From positions 1 through 64,000 of the IMG/VR virus record IMGVR_UViG_3300001533_002237: 64,000 nt of DNA; one strand, 5' to 3'. The stretch is from a virus. The position numbers and the translations under genes are program-made. Shown here piece after piece: positions 19,127-28,745 of the stretch (within the stretch, counting starts at the first letter, position 1; each line of letters begins with the position of its first letter). The notes below the pieces were generated by a model. That model saw nothing but the letters and a program-made list of their open reading frames with translations. It ran no database searches and had not been told where the DNA came from.

Positions 19127-19947
19127 AAAATGGAAGACCATATCATTTACCTCAATTAAATATGGATTACTCTATTGTATTAGAGAAACTAGGTAATGAA
19201 AATATTAATTATAATATAATTGAATTATCACCAAGTGAAAATGATGAAATCAAACCATCACAAGTAATAGTGTATTCAGATGAGATTTCTGGGGTTATTC
19301 TTGATGATAATAAACCTATTTGGATTAGTTCTGATAATCATATTTGTGATGGTCATCATCGATATTTTAAATCAATGTTTGATAAAATATCAATTAAATG
19401 TGTTAAAATTAATTTGAATCATAAAGATGCTTGTAGAATATTAAATAAAATACAAGATATTTATGATTATGAACAATCACAAGGTTTAGAAGAAGTTCAG
19501 GTTCAAGATACAATTAATTTTTATGGTGATGATGAAAATCAATTTCTAAATTCATTAGAAGAAGATAATATTGCAATTCAATCGGAAAGCGAAACACCAA
19601 TAAAAAATCAAAAAACTTTAATTGGTTATAGACAATCGCCAATTAAAGAAAATTCAGTTATTGGTAATTTTTTTACATTAAAACCAGTTGAAGGTTATGA
19701 TAAATATGAAATTGAATTTAATAACTTAATGGATACTAATAGTCTGGGTGTTACATATAAAGATGGTCAAGACCCAATTGATATTTTAGCAAAAAGTTGG
19801 TTTCCAAATATTAATTTTGAAAAATTAAGTACTAAACATAATACAACACCAATTAATTTAAAAACTAAAGCAGTTGCTGAAAAAGCAATGAAGATGGGGT
19901 ATGATGGAATTAAATATGGTGATACAATAATTCAAGGATTAAAATAA
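19120..19947 (+). CDS. ParB/Srx-like N-terminal domain protein
   Basis: KPSQ...PIWISSDNHICDGHHR; the C-terminal domain ends GYDGIKY. Confidence 0.6.
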   Translation: MLKNGRPYHLPQLNMDYSIVLEKLGNENINYNIIELSPSENDEIKPSQVIVYSDEISGVILDDNKPIWISSDNHICDGHHRYFKSMFDKISIKCVKINLNHKDACRILNKIQDIYDYEQSQGLEEVQVQDTINFYGDDENQFLNSLEEDNIAIQSESETPIKNQKTLIGYRQSPIKENSVIGNFFTLKPVEGYDKYEIEFNNLMDTNSLGVTYKDGQDPIDILAKSWFPNINFEKLSTKHNTTPINLKTKAVAEKAMKMGYDGIKYGDTIIQGLK

Positions 19948-19953
19948 TAATTT

Positions 19954-20424
19954 ATGAAAACATATAAAATAACAAATACAACAAATCTTGTTGGTAGACG
20001 TGATTCTAAATATAATACAATTGTAAATATTGAATATATTGATAATCGAATTAAGAAAAATACTAAATTAAAAGCAGGTGATACAGTATTTTTAACAGTA
20101 GAATCACTACCGTTATCAATACATAGGTTAAGAATTAAAAATTTAATTACAGTTACTGAAATAAGTGCTACTGAACTTGCCGAAAAAATGGAAAAAACAA
20201 ACCCAAAAGCAAGTAAAAACAAACTAAAAACAACAAAAAAACCTAAAGCAGTAAAGAAACCAGTTATTATTGATAAAAATAATGAATATGATGAAGTCGA
20301 TACAAAAAAATCAAATACAAAATCAACAAGTAAATCAAGTACTAAATCAGGTACTAAGTCAAGTACTAAGTTAAGTAGTAAATCGACTACTAAATCAAGT
20401 AGTAGTGAAAAAGATGATGAATAA
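19954..20424 (+). CDS. Hypothetical protein with a Lys/Ser/Thr-rich repeat tail
   Basis: KSNT-KSTS-KSST-KSGT-KSST 4-aa periodicity (about 20308-20400). Confidence 0.65.
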   Translation: MKTYKITNTTNLVGRRDSKYNTIVNIEYIDNRIKKNTKLKAGDTVFLTVESLPLSIHRLRIKNLITVTEISATELAEKMEKTNPKASKNKLKTTKKPKAVKKPVIIDKNNEYDEVDTKKSNTKSTSKSSTKSGTKSSTKLSSKSTTKSSSSEKDDE

Positions 20425-20449
20425 TAAATAAAACAAATATATAAATTTT

Positions 20450-20476
20450 AAAGTCAACATTTTTGTTGACTTTTTT
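20450..20476 (+). terminator. Rho-independent terminator
   Basis: aaagtcaaca-tttt-tgttgacttt followed by T run. Confidence 0.8.
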
Positions 20477-20565
20477 ATTTATTAATTCAAGATTTCTTAT
20501 TAAATTTCGTATTAACTTATAAACAATAATAAATTACATTATTTTATAAAAATTTATAATCAAAT

Positions 20566-21945
20566 ATGGATGGAAAAATAAGAATCTTATTCTATAATTT
20601 AGATGGCGCAGGAGTAAACTATTTTAGAACACAAACACCAGCACAAGAACTGGAAAGAAATCATTCGGATGAATTTTATATTGAAATCAATCCACAATTA
20701 GATTTTAATGACCCTAACATAATTGATTATCTTAAATCATTTCATATAATTCATTATCATCGTCAATTTTTAAGTGATACGGCACAAATGTTGGGATTAG
20801 CTGATGAATTGAGAAAATCAGGAACAATATTAATTGTCGATATTGATGATTATTGGAAATTACATAAATTACATCCATATTATAGTCTTAGTCAAGAAAA
20901 ACAATTATTTATACCGATAATTGAGAATTTAAAAATTGCTGATTATGTGACAACAACAACTGATTTATTTGCATCTGAAATAAAGAAAATAACTGGTAAA
21001 GATAACATTGGTGTTTTTTATAATAGTGTTGACCCTACATGGATGAAACAATTTCAAAATAATTGGAAACCAGACCCAGATGGATTAGTTAGAATTACTT
21101 ATATGGCAGGTAGTTCTCATATGGTTGATGTTCAACAACTAGAAACAGTAATGAATGTTTTAGATGCTGACCCACAAACCAAAGGTAAATTTAAAATAAT
21201 TATTGCTGGTTGGGATACACAAGGAAGTACAACAGATATAACTTTTAATCAAGAATTTGCTGAAGAATTACAAAAAATAGGATTATGGACACAGGATGTA
21301 GTTAAGTCAATTAATAAAACCAGAGGTGATGTTGACCAAATACCACATATATCTCAAGAATTAAAAGATAAATATAGGGATAAAGTATTTAAATCAGAAC
21401 AACGTGATATTAAATCAGAAGAAAGTGTTTATTTAGTTTATGAAAAAATATTAACTGATAATCATAAAATAATTGATAATCCAGATTATCTTCAATGGTT
21501 AATGAATTTTGAAAGAGATGTTACTTATGAAAATGAAGGTAATTTTGGTAGACGTTGGACACAAAAAGCCAATACATATGCACAAGTATTAAATGAAACT
21601 GATATAGTTCTTGCTCCACTTGCTGATAATCAATTTAACAGAATGAAATCGAACTTAAAACAAGTTGAATGTTGGACACGTAAACTTCCAATTGTATGTT
21701 CAGATATTCCACCATATAATGTTCATGGTAGGCATATGGAAAACTGTGTATTAATTCCAGCAGAAAAAAATGCACATAAGTACTGGAAAAAATATTTAAA
21801 AAAATTAATACTTGATGCTGATTTAAGAAAACGACTTGGTGAGCAATTATATGAAGATTTTAAAATCGAATATAACTTAGCTGAAGTTACAAAAAAACGT
21901 ACTGAATTTTATGAATCAGTGGTATTAAATAACTTAAAAACATAA
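20566..21945 (+). CDS. GT-B glycosyltransferase
   Basis: GVNYFR..P, VDIDDYW, ADYVTTTT, DIVLAPL..N.FNRMKSNLK, PIVCSDIPPY. Confidence 0.8.
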   Translation: MDGKIRILFYNLDGAGVNYFRTQTPAQELERNHSDEFYIEINPQLDFNDPNIIDYLKSFHIIHYHRQFLSDTAQMLGLADELRKSGTILIVDIDDYWKLHKLHPYYSLSQEKQLFIPIIENLKIADYVTTTTDLFASEIKKITGKDNIGVFYNSVDPTWMKQFQNNWKPDPDGLVRITYMAGSSHMVDVQQLETVMNVLDADPQTKGKFKIIIAGWDTQGSTTDITFNQEFAEELQKIGLWTQDVVKSINKTRGDVDQIPHISQELKDKYRDKVFKSEQRDIKSEESVYLVYEKILTDNHKIIDNPDYLQWLMNFERDVTYENEGNFGRRWTQKANTYAQVLNETDIVLAPLADNQFNRMKSNLKQVECWTRKLPIVCSDIPPYNVHGRHMENCVLIPAEKNAHKYWKKYLKKLILDADLRKRLGEQLYEDFKIEYNLAEVTKKRTEFYESVVLNNLKT

Positions 21946-21970
21946 TAATTTTATTTATAGTATTTATTAT

Positions 21971-22042
21971 AAATAATTTTAATAAAAACATTGATTATGA
22001 AAAAAATAATTTTAATAAAAACATTGATTATGAAAAAAATAA
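21971..22042 (+). repeat. 33-bp tandem duplication covering a translation start
   Basis: aaataattttaataaaaacattgattatgaaaa x2.2; ATGs at 21997 and 22030. Confidence 0.9.
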
Positions 22043-22398
22043 ATGAAATTAGATAGTTTATCATAGATTTTTTAAAAAAGAGATTTATTCGTAAAGAATT
22101 AAAATTAAAGTTTGAAAATACAGAAATAATATTAAATAAAAAAAATACTGAAAGACTTAATTCATTAACTGATTCACTATTTCGTGCATCAAAAACAGCT
22201 AAAGTTGAAGCCTTTGAAGTTAAAAGGAAACGACTTGAAAAAGAAAATGAGATGTTATTTAATGACATAAAAAATGTTATTGATAAACATTATAAAAAGA
22301 GAGAAGAAAAGTTAAAAAAAGAAAATGAAAAACTTAAAAAAAAGATTGTTGAAAAAGATAAAACAATTAATGAAATCAATGAAAAATATCAAGAGTAA
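21997..22398 (+). pseudogene. Coiled-coil hypothetical protein with an in-frame TAG at 22054
   Basis: MKKINEIR*FIIDFLKKRF...EKYQE; late motif at 21960; absent from the ORF track. Confidence 0.65.
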
Positions 22399-22413
22399 TA
22401 TAAATAAAATATA

Positions 22414-23310
22414 ATGAAAAAATTATTTCAAAATATAATTCTTTGGTTTTATCTTAAATTACATTCAGTTTTGTTTGCAATCAGTATTGCATTATTTAAT
22501 ACTGAACAAGAGATTCTTAAAGCAAATCCTAATGATTTGGATGAAAAATCAAAAAAGAATCAAAGGATGCGTCATAGAAATCAATTACTTGAAAAGTTTT
22601 ATGCTGGTCAAACTGATAGAAAATATGTACGAGACTATTATGATGTTTTAAAAAAAGCAGATAAGTTTATTAGAACAGCAACTCCACACCAAATGGCAGT
22701 TGCTGCCGATAAGTATGGAACAAGTTATGGTATGAAAGATAAGTGGGGTAGAAGATATGAACACTATGGTTTTTTTGATGGTAAACATAAGCATGTTGGA
22801 AAAACACTTGGTGATGTATTGGTTTTAGAATTTGAAGAAAGACGTACTAAAGATGATGATTTAGAAATATTATATATTTTTAACAATAAACCAATTGAAG
22901 TTGGATTAGTTAAAGTTATGGATGTTGTTGAAGAAAATGAAAATGGTGAGTTAACAGTTCTTGATATGGAAAAAAAATCGAAACAATTCCAATTTCCAAT
23001 TAAAATTGTGCGAGAAAATGAAGCTATAAACAAGATTGAAGAACTTTCTGAATTTTTACATGTTAAAAAAATCGGTTTTGAGTACAGGCAATTAGAATTT
23101 TTTGTACCTTTGAAATTCAAAACATCTGAAATTGATGAAGAATCAGATATATTTAAAGACATAATCAATATTAAAGAAGTTCATTTATATGATGAATATG
23201 GTGAATTAATGAGTTTTGGTATTAATAATTTTAAGAAAAGAATAATTTATAACGACACACATGAAGTATTGAAATTCGAAGGAATTGAAATGCAAAGATT
23301 TGGGTCATAA
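22414..23310 (+). CDS. Hypothetical protein with hydrophobic N-terminus
   Basis: 298-aa ORF with normal codon usage. Confidence 0.7.
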   Translation: MKKLFQNIILWFYLKLHSVLFAISIALFNTEQEILKANPNDLDEKSKKNQRMRHRNQLLEKFYAGQTDRKYVRDYYDVLKKADKFIRTATPHQMAVAADKYGTSYGMKDKWGRRYEHYGFFDGKHKHVGKTLGDVLVLEFEERRTKDDDLEILYIFNNKPIEVGLVKVMDVVEENENGELTVLDMEKKSKQFQFPIKIVRENEAINKIEELSEFLHVKKIGFEYRQLEFFVPLKFKTSEIDEESDIFKDIINIKEVHLYDEYGELMSFGINNFKKRIIYNDTHEVLKFEGIEMQRFGS

Positions 23311-23321
23311 TATTTAAAAAT

Positions 23322-23804
23322 ATGAGTGAATTTTTAAAAAATTTAAAAAAAGCTGCTGATGGCGGAGAATTTAATTCTGAAGCAGCAAGAAAAATTAATG
23401 AAATTTCAGAATTAGCTGAAATTAAAGCAGGTTCAATTAAATCTGAAGAAGATTTTAATAATTTAAAAGAAAAGATTGAAAATGTTTCAGATAAATCAGT
23501 CGTAACTGAAGAAGAAGCATTAGAACTTAATTCAGAATATGAAAAGAAAATGAGTAAAATTAAAGAAAATGATTTAGTTAATGCACAAATTGTAACACTA
23601 ATTGAAATTGAAGATATGGTTAAACTAAGTATATCTGATATGTTTGAATTTGTTACAAATCTAAATGATAAATTTAAAGATAAATTAGGTGAAGCACGTG
23701 GCAAATATTCTGACGATTTTGCTAAAGAAAATGAAGCATATATTGAATTATCTAGAAAAATTGAAGCAATCGAAATGAAATATAGTAAATTAATTAATGA
23801 GTAA
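23322..23804 (+). CDS. Hypothetical coiled-coil protein
   Basis: 160-aa acidic helical ORF. Confidence 0.7.
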   Translation: MSEFLKNLKKAADGGEFNSEAARKINEISELAEIKAGSIKSEEDFNNLKEKIENVSDKSVVTEEEALELNSEYEKKMSKIKENDLVNAQIVTLIEIEDMVKLSISDMFEFVTNLNDKFKDKLGEARGKYSDDFAKENEAYIELSRKIEAIEMKYSKLINE

Positions 23805-23824
23805 AAACAATTAAAAATAAATTT

Positions 23825-24280
23825 ATGGCAAAAATTGAAAAAGCGTCTGAAGACATTGTAAAATTATTTGATGGAATTAGAGATAAAACAGCAATCCCGC
23901 ATTGGATTCAGTTTGAATTATTTTCTAATAAAAAACAAAAAGAACTTTATAAAATTAATAAAACAAATGATGTTACTGAAGTTCTTAGTGATGGTATTAA
24001 CTTTACCGTAGTCGTTAATGAAGAAATATTTGATGGTTTACCTGATGATATGCAAGAAATTGCATTTGTTGAATGTCTTGCTGGTGTTAATGTGAGTGAA
24101 AGTGATGCTGTTTCTCTTGAAAAACCTGATTTTGTTACACATAGTGGTGTAATGAATAAATATGGTGATGATTCAGTAATTCGATTTAAAGAATCTGTTA
24201 AAAGTCTTTTTCATGAGAAAAAACAGAGAGAAGATGAAGAAAAAGCAATGACAAAAAATAAAAGAAAAGTCATGAAGTAA
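23825..24280 (+). CDS. Hypothetical protein resembling phage putative metallopeptidases but lacking HExxH
   Basis: FTVVVNEEIFDGLPDDMQEIAFVECLAGV...LEKPDF...V..KYG layout. Confidence 0.4.
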   Translation: MAKIEKASEDIVKLFDGIRDKTAIPHWIQFELFSNKKQKELYKINKTNDVTEVLSDGINFTVVVNEEIFDGLPDDMQEIAFVECLAGVNVSESDAVSLEKPDFVTHSGVMNKYGDDSVIRFKESVKSLFHEKKQREDEEKAMTKNKRKVMK

Positions 24281-24301
24281 TATAGTTAGTTTTAATATTG
24301 T

Positions 24302-24337
24302 AAAAAACCTTGGAAATTTATTTTTCGGGGTTTTTTT
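24302..24337 (+). terminator. Rho-independent terminator (three G-U pairs)
   Basis: aaaaaaccttggaaa...ttttcggggttttttt. Confidence 0.6.
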
Positions 24338-24368
24338 GTTTATAAGTATTTATAGGAAATAAATTATA

Positions 24369-24755
24369 ATGAATTCATACAATATAACATTTCCATTTAG
24401 AGACGATAATGAAACTAATAGATTTATTCAAACTAACAAAGTTACTGAAGACGCTTATAGTTCTAATTTATTATTACTTTTATTAACAGAAAAAGGTGAA
24501 AGATATTATGAACCAGACTATGGTACTAATTTATTGAAATATATTTTTGAACCAAATGATACGTTAACATCTGGTCAGGTAGAAGAAGAAATTCGTGATA
24601 CTGTTGCATTATATATACCTCAAATAAATATTAGTTCAGTATCGTTTAATGAAGATCCAAATAAAGTATCTGATTCACAATTAAATGTTAATATTAAATT
24701 TACGTATACAGAAGGTTCATTAACAGAAGAAGGTAATATTGATTTAAATTTTTAA
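24369..24755 (+). CDS. Baseplate wedge protein, T4 gp25/GpW-like
   Basis: LLLLLTEKGERYYEPDYGTNL..YIFEP..I...YIPQI. Confidence 0.88.
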   Translation: MNSYNITFPFRDDNETNRFIQTNKVTEDAYSSNLLLLLLTEKGERYYEPDYGTNLLKYIFEPNDTLTSGQVEEEIRDTVALYIPQINISSVSFNEDPNKVSDSQLNVNIKFTYTEGSLTEEGNIDLNF

Positions 24756-24766
24756 AAAAATAGAAT

Positions 24767-26605
24767 ATGGCAGAAACAAGAAATGTTGTTCAATACGGAA
24801 GTAGAACATTTGGAGAAATTAGAACAGATTTAATTTCATTAATAAGACAAATGTATCCTGAAATTCTTTCAGATTTTACAGATTCAAGTGTCGGTGCAAT
24901 GATGATTGATTTAAATGCTGGTGTTGGTAATAATCTTAGCGTTAATACCGATAGAGCATTTCAAGAAACTCAATTACAATATGCTCAACAAAGAGCAAGT
25001 ATATTAAATATTGCAAAAAATATGGGATTTAATATACCTGCTAGAAGACCATCAGTTACTCTTGTTGATTTTAGTGTTACAGTTCCAGTGCTTGGAAATG
25101 CTCCTAATCCAACATATTATCCAGTATTACGTAGTGGAGCACAAGTATTAGGTGGTGGAAAAGTATTTGAAACTCAAACAACAATTGATTGGAATTCAAG
25201 TGTTAGTAGTCTTGGCGACCCTAATCGTAGTATTATTCCAAATTTAGATAATAATGGAATTCCAGTAAGTTATACTGTTAAAAAAAGAGAAGTTGTTATA
25301 AATGGTGGAACTAGTATTTTTAAAAAAGCAATTACAATAGAAAATGTAATTCCTTTTTACTCATTTATTCTTCCCGATCCTGATGTTATTGAAATCGAAA
25401 GTGTAATATTATTAGAAGGCACAAATTATAGAAATAATCCAAGTAATGATGAGTTTAATAACCCTGAAAATAGATATTATGAAGTTGATTATCTAGCACA
25501 ACAACGAGTTTTTGTTGATGATTTAAATTCATCAGGAAATACAATAGATAATATTAAAGCAGCGAGATGGATTGATGTTACTAAAAAGTTTATTAAAGAA
25601 TATACTACAAGAGGTTTTTGTAGATTAACTTTTGGTTCTGGCGATTCAGATGTTGATGCTTTTAAAGATGGATTTCTTAAAGAAGGTGTTAGTAATCGTT
25701 ATTTTCTTGAGAATTTTTTAAATAACATGGCTTTGGGTGAAAAATTGAAAGCTAATCATACATTATTTGTTAAATATAGAACAGGTGGAGGAAGTTCATC
25801 AAACATTGGTTCAAATGTATTAACTAATCTTGGTTCATATGATTTAAGAGTCGAAGGAAGCCTTCAAGAATTCAATCAAGAAGTTAGAAGAAGTTTAACA
25901 ACAACAAATCCTATTCCTGCAATCGGGGGTAATGATGGATTAAGTACAGAACAAATCAGACAACTAATTAAATATAATTTTTCTTCACAACAACGAAATG
26001 TGACGTTAACTGATTATTTATTAGAGATATATAAAATGCCCGGTAGATATGGTTCACCATATAGAGCGAATGCATTTAAATTAAATAATAAAGTAGTGAT
26101 TTCAATACTTGGAATAGGTTCTGATGGTAAATTATCAAACAGTAGTAATTCTTTATTAAAAACAAATATTACAGAATATTTAACACAATATAGAACAATC
26201 AATGATTATGTTGAAGTTAAAGACGGTAAAATTATTAATTTAGGTTTTGAAATTGATGCATATGTTGATAATGTAGCTGATAATCAAATTGCAAATAGTA
26301 TTATTACTATTGTAAGTGATTTTTTTGATATAAATAATCATGAAATGAATGAAGACATATTTCTTGGTAAACTTCAAAAAGAAATTTTAAATGTTAACAA
26401 TGTTATTAATGTTATTAATATTAGAGTTTTTAATAAAGTTGGTGAGCAATATTCGAATAATTCTATTTCACAATCAATATTAAATAAAAATACAGGTGAA
26501 ATAAAAATTGAAAATAATACAATTTATTCATCACGAGATTCGATGTTTGAAATAAAATATCCTGAAAAAGATATTAAAGTATTATTAAGAAAAAATGTTA
26601 CTTAA
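24767..26605 (+). CDS. Baseplate wedge protein, T4 gp6/baseplate J-like
   Basis: DFTDSSVG, AQQRASILNIAKNMG, LTFGSG, VKYRTGGG..SN, GGND, QQRNVTLTDY. Confidence 0.85.
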   Translation: MAETRNVVQYGSRTFGEIRTDLISLIRQMYPEILSDFTDSSVGAMMIDLNAGVGNNLSVNTDRAFQETQLQYAQQRASILNIAKNMGFNIPARRPSVTLVDFSVTVPVLGNAPNPTYYPVLRSGAQVLGGGKVFETQTTIDWNSSVSSLGDPNRSIIPNLDNNGIPVSYTVKKREVVINGGTSIFKKAITIENVIPFYSFILPDPDVIEIESVILLEGTNYRNNPSNDEFNNPENRYYEVDYLAQQRVFVDDLNSSGNTIDNIKAARWIDVTKKFIKEYTTRGFCRLTFGSGDSDVDAFKDGFLKEGVSNRYFLENFLNNMALGEKLKANHTLFVKYRTGGGSSSNIGSNVLTNLGSYDLRVEGSLQEFNQEVRRSLTTTNPIPAIGGNDGLSTEQIRQLIKYNFSSQQRNVTLTDYLLEIYKMPGRYGSPYRANAFKLNNKVVISILGIGSDGKLSNSSNSLLKTNITEYLTQYRTINDYVEVKDGKIINLGFEIDAYVDNVADNQIANSIITIVSDFFDINNHEMNEDIFLGKLQKEILNVNNVINVINIRVFNKVGEQYSNNSISQSILNKNTGEIKIENNTIYSSRDSMFEIKYPEKDIKVLLRKNVT

Positions 26606-26853
26606 TGGAAGTTTTAAAAAAAACAATATTACAAGCTGTGACAACTGGAATTACAGCATGTACTGGTACAACAGGTACTTGTTATGTAATTATTCCTGAT
26701 TTAAGTGTTACTTATCATTTAAAAATCGGATTAGTTCAGGAAACAATTGATTTAGGATTTTTTGATGTATTTGGCGATGGTTATTATTATGGGGAAATAG
26801 ATAATGGTTTTGAAGTTACGTATCCACCAATTGGTTTAAATAATTTATTATGA
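26605..26853 (+). CDS. Small virion-region hypothetical protein
   Basis: 82-aa Thr/Gly-rich ORF coupled to the gp6-like gene. Confidence 0.6.
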   Translation: MEVLKKTILQAVTTGITACTGTTGTCYVIIPDLSVTYHLKIGLVQETIDLGFFDVFGDGYYYGEIDNGFEVTYPPIGLNNLL

Positions 26854-27782
26854 AGATAATACAGTCATTTTTTCAAATAGATAAAAAAATCTGTTTTAAT
26901 AGTGATGATGATAATGATAATTATTTAATTAATTTTTATTCATCATTACTTAGCTATATTACATTAAAAAAATTATATGGACATGTCACAATATATTGTA
27001 ATTCATTTGCACATGAAAATATGTTAAAGTTTATTCCTTATGATGAAGTTATTATTGAAGAATTAAAACATGTTAATGGTGTTAATTATGGTAATGAATG
27101 GGGACTGTTAAAATTTCATGTTTTTGAACAGCAAAAAGAACCATTCATTCATATTGATAGTGATGTTTTTTTATTTAATGATTTATTAACTGAATACATA
27201 AATAGTGATGATTATGATGGAATAGTACAATCTATTGATGTTTCAGATGGAGTATATGGTCATTTTTATCGAAATAATATTGATGTTTTAACTAAGTATA
27301 ATTTCGTTAATAAAATACCTGATGATTTAACAATAAAACTCAATGGTAGCATTGGATATAATAATGGTGTTATTGGTTTTAAAAATTTGAGTTTTATGAA
27401 TTATTATATAAAAGTAGCTGAAAAATTAAATGATTTAATGAATAGTGGATTATTTAAATCAATTAATCATCAAACAATGATTTTTGAACAATTTAATTTA
27501 TATCATTTAGGAATAATAAAAAAAATGAAATTTTATAAAGTTTTATCTGATGAATTAATAAGAGAGTTTGGATTAAATGAAGCAGGTAATAAGATAGGTT
27601 ATACTCATCTTTTAAGTGGCAATAAATTTGTTGATTATTTTGTGATGTTAGTTAGAAACAAAGTAATTAATGATTATCCTGAATTTGAAGAAAATATTAA
27701 ACGATTTGAAGAAACAATCACCAATGCAAAAATTAAATATTTGAAACATAAAAACATTGAAAATTTAGTTAAAACACTATGA
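26850..27782 (+). CDS. GT-A fold glycosyltransferase-like protein (DUF6734-like)
   Basis: W.LLK.....QKEPFIHIDSDVF (DxD), YNNGVIG, IFEQF, GYTHL. Confidence 0.7.
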   Translation: MKIIQSFFQIDKKICFNSDDDNDNYLINFYSSLLSYITLKKLYGHVTIYCNSFAHENMLKFIPYDEVIIEELKHVNGVNYGNEWGLLKFHVFEQQKEPFIHIDSDVFLFNDLLTEYINSDDYDGIVQSIDVSDGVYGHFYRNNIDVLTKYNFVNKIPDDLTIKLNGSIGYNNGVIGFKNLSFMNYYIKVAEKLNDLMNSGLFKSINHQTMIFEQFNLYHLGIIKKMKFYKVLSDELIREFGLNEAGNKIGYTHLLSGNKFVDYFVMLVRNKVINDYPEFEENIKRFEETITNAKIKYLKHKNIENLVKTL

Positions 27783-28300
27783 AAAAAATCAAATATAATG
27801 TAAATGAAGTATTAAATAATATTATTAAGAATATTAAAACAGATTTTATTGTTTGTGGTAGTATATCTGATTATTTTCATTTTATTAAACAAGATATTGA
27901 TATTAGTGTAAATATTGGTGATATTGATATTATAACATATGATATAAATTTTATATATGCATTAGAAAAAATATTTAATTCTAAGGTTAAATTACTTGAT
28001 TTGCCTTGTGAAGAATTAATTACTATAACAAATAAATCAAATGTTAGTCATTATTTTTTACCAATAAATAAAACACATATTGATATATTTTTTACATCAA
28101 AAGAAACATATGATTTAATTCAAACTGTGTCTGAAAAATATAATGGACAAAATATTACAATTGTCGATGATTTTGATAGATACATGCAATTAAATTCAAC
28201 AATTAGTTTTTGGTATGGTAATGCTCCTAAGACAAAAAGATTATTAAAATATTTAAGAAAAAAAATGATTTATTATAAAATATTGAATGATGGAACATAA
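27779..28300 (+). CDS. Pol-beta-superfamily nucleotidyltransferase-like protein
   Basis: IVCGS...GDIDII...IDIF. Confidence 0.6.
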   Translation: MKKIKYNVNEVLNNIIKNIKTDFIVCGSISDYFHFIKQDIDISVNIGDIDIITYDINFIYALEKIFNSKVKLLDLPCEELITITNKSNVSHYFLPINKTHIDIFFTSKETYDLIQTVSEKYNGQNITIVDDFDRYMQLNSTISFWYGNAPKTKRLLKYLRKKMIYYKILNDGT

Positions 28301-28745
28301 GATAATATATTATTTACCATTAGAAATTTATTTAATGGAAAAAAAACTCGATGATGTCAAGAATATTTTAATTAAAATGTTCTATAGTATATTAACAGTT
28401 AATGCTAATTTAAATAATGATATAATAGTTTTTACTGATTTCACAGGAATGTCAATTTTTTCAATTTTACCTTTAAATTTTAAAATAGTTCATTCAGATA
28501 CGGTGGGTAATTTTTATAATAAAATGATAATGGAATTAAAAAACGAAAAATATGTTATTATGCATGAAAATCAAATATTAAAAATGTGTACCGAATATAA
28601 GGGAGATTATATTAATAATTTTAAAATAAATGATAATGCTATTAATAATGAAATTGAAATTCATGATATGATAAAAGATATTAAAGAAATTTCAATTATA
28701 GTATATGAAAAGTTTTTTGAAAATATTAAAAAATATGTTAAATAA
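28287..28745 (+). CDS. Hypothetical protein, possible degenerate paralog of the 26850 glycosyltransferase
   Basis: MFYSILTV...IIVFTD..G....LP...K......EKYVIMH parallels the N-terminal half of 26850. Confidence 0.45.
   Translation: MMEHKIIYYLPLEIYLMEKKLDDVKNILIKMFYSILTVNANLNNDIIVFTDFTGMSIFSILPLNFKIVHSDTVGNFYNKMIMELKNEKYVIMHENQILKMCTEYKGDYINNFKINDNAINNEIEIHDMIKDIKEISIIVYEKFFENIKKYVK

Noticed and set aside
21971-22042. CRISPR-like repeat
   Set aside because: Only two abutting copies, no spacers and no cas genes
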